The notes beneath the pieces are model-generated. The model ran no database searches. It was not told the origin of the DNA and was given only the letters and a program-made list of their open reading frames with translations. Of a DNA stretch of 64,000 bases, positions 56,001 to 64,000 are shown one piece after another (the first letter of the stretch is position 1; each line of letters opens with the position of its first letter). The DNA is from Macrostomum lignano (taxonomy: Eukaryota). The stretch lies in assembly GCA_002269645.1 (NCBI GenBank), contig NIVC01001520.1, positions 1-64,000 on the forward strand, given 5' to 3'. A program made the translations under genes and the position numbers.

Positions 56001-59000
56001 CTTCTATGGTAATTAACCCAGCCCAAAGTTCCTAGAGCTCACCCTTCTGATCTCTTTCAAATAAGAAATATAAAGAATCTTAAGCTCATGAGTTAAATAC
56101 TTCAGCCGGAGTTCAATTCACAACAATGGCGTCGCAGCTCGGCGAACTGCCGCTGGATAAACCTGACCGAGCACAGGTTTGGCTGACTGCCTTTCAAGCG
56201 CTGGCCAGAGCAAAAGGCTGGTCTGATTCAACCGAAAAAAAACGATCGCTGACAACTTTCTCGCTATCTGTGGACTCACCGCGCTTGAAAAGCTGCAGAG
56301 TCTGGTGTCGCCACGCCCACTCACGGAGCTCTCATTCGAGGATATTCAGACGACATTTGTCACGTATCTGCGCCCCAAAGAGAAACTGATAATCGCTGAG
56401 CGCGCGCGATTCTTCAAGACGCAACAACTGCAAGGAGAAAGCATTTCTGATTTCGTCAGTCGTCTCCGCCAGGCGGCCACTGACTGCAAGTTCGACGACC
56501 TCAAGGCATGCAGAAGCCCTTCCGAGGAGCTAATCAGTACGGCACTCATCGCAGGACTGCGCGATAGCCGGGAGCAGCAGCGCGTACTCGAAGCAATGCA
56601 GCTGAAACTGATGTCCGTCTCAGAAATCACGGACTTCATACGCAACCTAGAGCAAGTCGATGGCTTCGTCGCCAGGCAGATGGACAAGGCAACCGGCCAA
56701 TCTAAAACACCATGCACCTACGAAGCCACCCTTCATTACGCTCAATCCGGTCGGCCTGAGACATCGCAGCATGCAAGCTCTCGTCGCACAATCAGCGCCT
56801 GTCGGTACTGTGGCAAGTCACACCCTGAAGGCAGATGCCCGGCTTTCGGAAAAAGCTGCTCCAAGTGTGGAAAGAAAAACCACTTCAGTACTGTTTGTAA
56901 GTCTCGATCCATGCACTACACGACTACTTGTGAGGAGGATTCAGATTCCGCCCAACAAAAAACAGACGTACTGCATCTCATCGATGCGCTCAATTCGATT
57001 GAAGTATCTATGGAGACTGTGCCCATCAACGATAAGCCCTTCAAAATGCAGATCGACACGGGAGCATCGGTCTCCGTGCTCTCCAGTGCGCAGTGGGCTC
57101 TACTGGGTAAGCCACCACTCATGCGTTCCAATCGGCGCTTGGAGGCCTTCGACGGGCACGTCATGAAATCGCTTGGCAAAGTGACTGCAACTGTGGAGCT
57201 ACGAGGACGCCTTCAACCAGTGGAACTGATTGTAGTCTCTTCGGAAAAGACGTACGGGTTGCTTGGCCGCGACCTCCTCGAGTCTGACGGTGTCTTCCAT
57301 GCCAGCGATGTTCAAGCAGAAAAAACTGCCATCGAACCTCTGCCCTGTATCCGAGGCGTTAAGGCCCGAATGGAACTGGTGGACGGTGCTAAACCACAAT
57401 TTTGCCGCGCTCGTGCTGTGCCACTCGCCCTAGAAAGCCAAATCAGCGCAGAACTGGATCGCCTCCACCAGCTTGGTGTCATCGAGCCAACAGAGGGTCC
57501 GGTTAGTAACGCTTCACCCGTAGTGTGGGTAAAGAAGAAGGATGGAACTCTCCGCATGTGCGCGGACTACAGCGTGCACGTCAATTCGAAGATCAAATCA
57601 GACTCATATCCCATTCCACACATCGAGACCATGTTCTCCAAGCTAAAGAACGCCAAAACTTTCGCCACAGTCGATCTACGTTCGGCGTACTGGCAGATCG
57701 AGCTTGATGAAGCCGCGAGAGACCTATCGGTAATAAACACGTCCCGCGGGCTCTATCGTGTCAACCGGCTGCAAATGGGGATGAAGAACGCCTCCTTCAT
57801 CTTCCAACGCACCATGGAATCCATTCTAGGAGACATCAAAGGACTGCTTATCTACCAAGACGACATTCTCATTCACGCGCCAGACAAACCCACGCTGGAG
57901 AAGCGCCTCGCTGCTGTGCGAACGCGTCTATCTGAGAAGCGCGTGACTATCAACGAAGCGAAAAGCATCAGCTATTGCGATTCGGTTTCGTTCTTGGGCT
58001 TCCGAATATCCGCGGCTGGTATTCAGCCCGATGATCGCCTAGTGGAGAAAATTCGCCATGTGTGCCCGCCAGCAAATAAACCAGAGCTCGCTCACTTTCT
58101 TGGCTTGGTAAACTTCTTCGGCCGCCTCATCCCAAACTTTGCAGGCAAAACTGCACCGCTTAATAGACTACGACAAGCAAGCGTTCCGTTCGTGTGGTCG
58201 GAGGAGTGTTCCAAAGCGTTCGAGAGCCTAAAGCTGGAAATCGCTTCAGCGCCTGTGGTCCAGCCCTACAGCTTGACAAAGGAACTGACGCTGACCACTG
58301 ATGCTTCCAAAGGAGCCCTCGCCGCCGTGGCAACACAAGATGGCCATCCCGTGATATACGTGTCACGTAGCCTGTCCTCCGCTGAATCCAATTATTCTAA
58401 CATCGAGCGGGAGGCCTTGGCTATTGTTTGGGCCATCGCACGCTTGAAGCACTACTTCCATGGCCGACCATTCACAATACGCACAGACCATCAACCGCTC
58501 ATCCGACTTTTTGGCTCCGGATCCGGCGTCCCAGTGGATGCCTCAGCCCGAATCGGACGCTGGGCCTTGTACCTGATGCAGTTTGATTACCGAATTCAGT
58601 ATGCACGTGGCAGTAGCATTCCACACGTAGATGCCTTATCCAGACTCAGATTCGATGACAGCTCATCAGACGACAAGGCCACATTCGAGACGATTAATTC
58701 AATCGCATTTGAATCACCTGTGATCGACGCTAAACGAATCACAGCGGAGATGGAGTTAGACGCGCTCACCCAGAGAATTCTCAATCGCGTCCGCCAAGGC
58801 GATTGGCGAAACTGCAGCCAGGCAGAAGCGCAGTTCAAAAAAGTCTCAAAAAAACTAACGCTAGAAAATGGACTACTCTACATGCAAAGAAGAGTCTTCA
58901 TTCCACCAAGACTGCGCAAGGCCGCGTTCGATGCCATTCACGACACGCACACGGGCATGCATGCAGCGCACAGTCTAATGTCTACCAGCTGCTGGTGGCC

Positions 59001-62000
59001 CGGAATGCAACAGGACGTTGCCCAGTTTGTTCGACGCTGTCCAGACTGCTGCAGGCTTCGGCCTCAACTCGGCCACGACAGGGATCGCTGGCCTCCATCA
59101 ACGTATCCGTTCCAGCGCGTACACATGGACTGGGCATACGTAAAAGGCGCTGGAAACATCCTGGTCATCGTGGATTCCTTTTCCGGCTGGATAGAAGCAT
59201 TTCCTTGCCGCGATCGCACAGCTGATTCAGTCATTCAGTGCCTGCGTACCGTATTCACACGGTTCGGCGTCCCCGAGCTGGTGGTTTCGGACAACGCCCC
59301 AGAGTTCACCACTGAAGTGCTCACATCGTGGCTCCGCGCCAATGGTGCCAAGAAGCTCGAGTCACCCACCTATTACCCGCAGGCGAATGGAGCCGCAGAA
59401 AGGGCCGTTCAGACCGTCAAGTCCGCACTAAGGGCCTGGTCTGAAAAAATTACGCACATGGAGTTTAGCCGCTTCTTGCAAAAGGTCCTCCTGCACCACA
59501 GAAACTCAGCCTCTTCGCGGGGCTGCTGCCCAGCCGAAATTCTTTTTGGACGGCGACTCAGAGTCCCGGTGGTGACCAACTTCGAACAGGGTGACAGCGT
59601 GATCTATGCGCCAAGCAGCTCCTCAGTCGGCAACCCGGCAAAGTTCGTGATGACGGCAGGTCAAAACACGGCATGGATCCTCGCTGACGATGGGCTTCGC
59701 CTTGCAAGCACGAATCAACTTGCCCCAATGGCCACCCGGCCATCGGAATTCAAGATGGAGGACGAAGATGAGACTAACAGCGTGCCAGAAACCGGAAACG
59801 AGCCAGTCGCAGGGATTCAGACACCCGTGCCTGAAGAAGCCGTTCAGCTGAGAAGGAGCCTCAGAAACCGATCCGCTCCTGAGCGCTTTGTGCCTTAAAC
59901 TGGTATCCGAGGAGGGTTGAAAAAAAACGCGAAACTAATGAAACGACATGAAACGACTTCACTGTTCCAATTGACATCTTCTGAATATAGGGAGGGGCAT
60001 GTGGTGTATCGCACACTGAGATGCACTATAGTTTATATAAGTTCAAGTTCGTTATTCTATGCCGTTTGTTTGCACTAATCGCCTCTAAGCATTCTATCGC
60101 TACAGTTTCTTCTATGGTAATTAACCCAGCCCAAAGTTCCTAGAGCTCACCCTTCTGATCTCTTTCAAATAAGAAATATAAAGAATCTTAAGCTCATGAG
60201 TTAAATACTTCAGCCGGAGTTCAATTCACAACAGAATCCCAATCCGAAATCGAAGAATCCCAATCAGAAATCTAAGAATCCCAATCCGAAATCGAAGAAT
60301 CCCAATCAGAAATCTAAGAATCCCAATCAGAAATCTAAGAATCCCAATCAGAAATCTAAGAATCCCAATCTGAAATCTAAGAATCCCAGTCAGAAATCTA
60401 AGAATCCCAGTCAGAAATCTAAGAATCCGAATCAGAAATCTAAGAATCCCAATCAGAAATCTAAGAATCCAAATCAGAAATCTAAGAATCCCAATCAGAA
60501 ATCTAAGAATCCCAACCTGAAATCTAAGAATCCCAATCCGAAATCGAAGAATCCCAATCAGAAATCTAAGAATCCCAATCAGAAATCTAAGAATCCCAAT
60601 CTGAAATCTAAGAATCCCAGTCAGAAATCTAAGAATCCCAGTCAGAAATCTAAGAATCCCAGTCAGAAATCTAAGAATCCGAATCAGAAATCTAAGAATC
60701 CCAATCAGAAATCTAAGAATCCCAACCTGAAATCTAAGAATCCCAATCAGAAATCGAAGAATCCCAATCAGAAATCTAAGAATCCCAATCTGAAATCTAA
60801 GAATCCGAATCAGAAATCTAAGAATCCCAGTCAGAAATCTAAGAATCCGAATCAGAAATCTAAGAATCCCAGTCAGAAATCTAAGAATCCCAATCAGAAA
60901 TCTAAGAATCCCAATCAGAAATCTAAGAATCCCAACCTGAAATCTAAGAATCCCAATCCGAAATCGAAGAATCCCAATCAGAAATCTAAGAATCCCAATC
61001 AGAAGTCTAAGAATCCCAGTCAGAAGTCTAAGAATCCCAGTCAGAAATCTAAGAATCCCAGTCAGAAATCTAAGAATCCCAATCCGAAATCGAAGAATCC
61101 CAATCAGAAATCTAAGAATCCCAATCAGAAATCTAAGAATCCCAATCAGAAATCTAAGAATCCCAATCTGAAATCTAAGAATCCCAGTCAGAAATCTAAG
61201 AATCCCAGTCAGAAATCTAAGAATCCGAATCAGAAATCTAAGAATCCCAATCAGAAATCTAAGAATCCAAATCAGAAATCTAAGAATCCCAATCAGAAAT
61301 CTAAGAATCCCAACCTGAAATCTAAGAATCCCAACCTGAAATCTAAGAATCCCAATCAGAAATCTAAGAATCCCAATCAGAAATCTAAGAATCCCAATCT
61401 GAAATCTAAGAATCCCAGTCAGAAATCTAAGAATCCCAGTCAGAAATCTAAGAATCCCAGTCAGAAATCTAAGAATCCGAATCAGAAATCTAAGAATCCC
61501 AATCAGAAATCTAAGAATCCCAACCTGAAATCTAAGAATCCCAATCAGAAATCGAAGAATCCCAATCAGAAATCTAAGAATCCCAATCTGAAATCTAAGA
61601 ATCCGAATCAGAAATCTAAGAATCCCAGTCAGAAATCTAAGAATCCGAATCAGAAATCTAAGAATCCCAATCAGAAATCTAAGAATCCCAATCAGAAATC
61701 TAAGAATCCCAATCAGAAATCTAAGAATCCCAACCTGAAATCTAAGAATCCCAATCCGAAATCGAAGAATCCCAATCAGAAATCTAAGAATCCCAATCAG
61801 AAGTCTAAGAATCCCAGTCAGAAGTCTAAGAATCCCAGTCAGAAATCTAAGAATCCCAGTCAGAAATCTAAGAATCCCAGTCAGAAGTCTAAGAATCCCA
61901 ATCTGAAATCTAAGAATCCGAATCAGAAATCTAAGAATCCCAATCAGAAATCTAAGAATCCAAATCAGAAATCTAAGAATCCCAATCAGAAATCTAAGAA

Positions 62001-64000
62001 TCCCAACCTGAAATCTAAGAATCCCAATCAGAAATCTAAGAATCCCAATCAGAAATCTAAGAATCCCAATCAGAAATCTAAGAATCCCAATCTGAAATCT
62101 AAGAATCCCAGTCAGAAATCTAAGAATCCCAGTCAGAAATCTAAGAATCCCAGTCAGAAATCTAAGAATCCGAATCAGAAATCTAAGAATCCCAATCAGA
62201 AATCTAAGAATCCCAACCTGAAATCTAAGAATCCCAATCAGAAATCGAAGAATCCCAATCAGAAATCTAAGAATCCCAATCTGAAATCTAAGAATCCGAA
62301 TCAGAAATCTAAGAATCCCAGTCAGAAATCTAAGAATCCGAATCAGAAATCTAAGAATCCCAGTCAGAAATCTAAGAATCCCAATCAGAAATCTAAGAAT
62401 CCCAATCAGAAATCTAAGAATCCCAACCTGAAATCTAAGAATCCCAATCCGAAATCGAAGAATCCCAATCAGAAATCTAAGAATCCCAATCAGAAGTCTA
62501 AGAATCCCAGTCAGAAGTCTAAGAATCCCAGTCAGAAATCTAAGAATCCCAGTCAGAAATCTAAGAATCCCAATCCGAAATCGAAGAATCCCAATCAGAA
62601 ATCTAAGAATCCCAATCAGAAATCTAAGAATCCCAATCAGAAATCTAAGAATCCCAATCTGAAATCTAAGAATCCCAGTCAGAAATCTAAGAATCCCAGT
62701 CAGAAATCTAAGAATCCGAATCAGAAATCTAAGAATCCCAATCAGAAATCTAAGAATCCAAATCAGAAATCTAAGAATCCCAATCAGAAATCTAAGAATC
62801 CCAACCTGAAATCTAAGAATCCCAACCTGAAATCTAAGAATCCCAATCAGAAATCTAAGAATCCAAATCAGAAATCTAAGAATCCCAATCTGAAATCTAA
62901 GAATCCCAGTCAGAAATCTAAGAATCCCAGTCAGAAATCTAAGAATCCCAGTCAGAAATCTAAGAATCCGAATCAGAAATCTAAGAATCCCAATCAGAAA
63001 TCTAAGAATCCCAACCTGAAATCTAAGAATCCCAACCTGAAATCTAAGAATCCCAATCAGAAATCGAAGAATCCCAATCAGAAATCTAAGAATCCCAATC
63101 TGAAATCTAAGAATCCGAATCAGAAATCTAAGAATCCCAGTCAGAAATCTAAGAATCCGAATCAGAAATCTAAGAATCCGAATCAGAAATCTAAGAATCC
63201 CAATCAGAAATCTAAGAATCCCAACCTGAAATCTAAGAATCCCAATCAGAAATCGAAGAATCCCAATCAGAAATCTAAGAATCCCAATCTGAAATCTAAG
63301 AATCCGAATCAGAAATCTAAGAATCCCAGTCAGAAATCTAAGAATCCGAATCAGAAATCTAAGAATCCCAATCAGAAATCTAAGAATCCCAATCAGAAAT
63401 CTAAGAATCCCAATCAGAAATCTAAGAATCCCAACCTGAAATCTAAGAATCCCAATCCGAAATCGAAGAATCCCAATCAGAAATCTAAGAATCCCAATCA
63501 GAAGTCTAAGAATCCCAGTCAGAAGTCTAAGAATCCGAATCAGAAATCTAAGAATCCCAGTCAGAAATCTAAGAATCCGAATCAGAAATCTAAGAATCCC
63601 AATCAGAAATCTAAGAATCCCAATCAGAAATCTAAGAATCCCAATCAGAAATCTAAGAATCCCAACCTGAAATCTAAGAATCCCAATCCGAAATCGAAGA
63701 ATCCCAATCAGAAATCTAAGAATCCCAATCAGAAGTCTAAGAATCCCAGTCAGAAGTCTAAGAATCCCAGTCAGAAATCTAAGAATCCCAGTCAGAAATC
63801 TAAGAATCCCAGTCAGAAATCTAAGAATCTCAAAATCTAAAGCGAACAGTCTAAATCCACATTCGTATTTGCAGTTCCGCATATTCGCTGCCCCGTTTCG
63901 TCCGGTGGCATTCTCAGATTTCTGGCTGGCCGATCAGCTGAATAGCATGTCAGTATTTTTTATTGACTCGGCCTATGGAGTCTGCTACTATGCCAGCGGC
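50015..64000 (+). CDS. XPR1: SPX-EXS phosphate exporter XPR1 homolog, 3'-partial. Exons 50015-50083, 50161-50212, 50303-50694, 52658-52840, 53791-54243, 63875-beyond 64000
   Basis: [23 protein letters not shown]|DLKEFL; [19 protein letters not shown]; [10 protein letters not shown]; [23 protein letters not shown]; [25 protein letters not shown]. All splice junctions are GT-AG and phase-compatible. Confidence 0.95.
51670..52525. repeat. Polypurine ~23-bp minisatellite (GCTGAGAGGAGGGAGAGGGAAGG)n in XPR1 intron 3
   Basis: Direct reading. Confidence 0.9.
52925..53690. repeat. 14-bp minisatellite (CTCCCTCACCCAGT)n in XPR1 intron 4
   Basis: About 50 copies. Confidence 0.95.
54440..55150. repeat. 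(GAGGAGCGGA)n-type purine-rich satellite in XPR1 intron 5
   Basis: Direct reading. Confidence 0.92.
55686..55891. repeat. 21-bp satellite, left arm (AATCAGAAATCTAAGAATCCC)n
   Basis: Same unit as 60234-63835; separated from it by the LTR element. Confidence 0.95.
55892..60233 (+). mobile_element. Full-length Ty3/Gypsy LTR retrotransposon (Mag-like), 4342 bp
   Basis: 234-bp LTRs at 55892-56125 and 60000-60233 (TG...CA, identical by eye). GAATC 5-bp TSD. PBS-like TGGCGTCGCAG at 56127. PPT AGGGAGGGG just before the 3' LTR. Confidence 0.97.
56126..59898 (+). CDS. Gag-Pol polyprotein (2 CCHC knuckles, protease, RT, RNase H, integrase) with one frameshift at about 56234-56241
   Basis: [13 protein letters not shown] and [14 protein letters not shown]; QIDTGAS; YQDDILI; TTDAS; HDTHTG...CPDC; HMDW, VDSFSG, SDNA, AERAV. 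Order PR-RT-RH-IN. The N-terminus MASQLGELP... joins [10 protein letters not shown]... across an A8 run. Confidence 0.93.
60234..63835. repeat. 21-bp satellite, right arm, about 170 copies with recurring variant blocks
   Basis: Unit AATCAGAAATCTAAGAATCCC with variants CCCAGTC, CCAACCTG, CCGAAATCG and AGAAGTC in repeating order. Confidence 0.98.

Noticed and set aside
60226-63882. 1218-aa minus-strand ORF (ILRFLIG)n
   Set aside because: It is the translation of a 21-bp satellite with no stop in that frame, lying inside XPR1 intron 5; there is no unique domain.

Overview
Eukaryotic (metazoan) DNA. It has GT-AG introns, GC-rich exons and very dense mini/microsatellites. The gene set (USPs, syndecan, molluscan/flatworm-type myosin light chain) is consistent with a flatworm such as Macrostomum; this is inference. 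All calls come from manual translation and motif reading, with no database search. (1) 1-5.3 kb: the 3' part of a Kyakuja-Dileera-Zisupton (KDZ) transposase, followed by an intact two-exon zinc-finger + PR-Set7/SETD8-like SET methyltransferase gene and a second zinc-finger gene. Near-identical direct repeats separate these three genes. (2) 11.8-30.3 kb: a five-exon syndecan-type proteoglycan whose ectodomain carries a thyroglobulin type-1 domain and a SEA-like domain; its introns are filled with satellites and MITEs. (3) 35-43 kb: a secreted Cys-repeat protein, a myosin essential light chain and two universal stress proteins. (4) 50-64 kb: XPR1 (SPX-EXS), whose fifth intron holds a 21-bp satellite interrupted by a young full-length Gypsy LTR retrotransposon. 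Most long ORFs in the supplied track are artefacts of tandem repeats.
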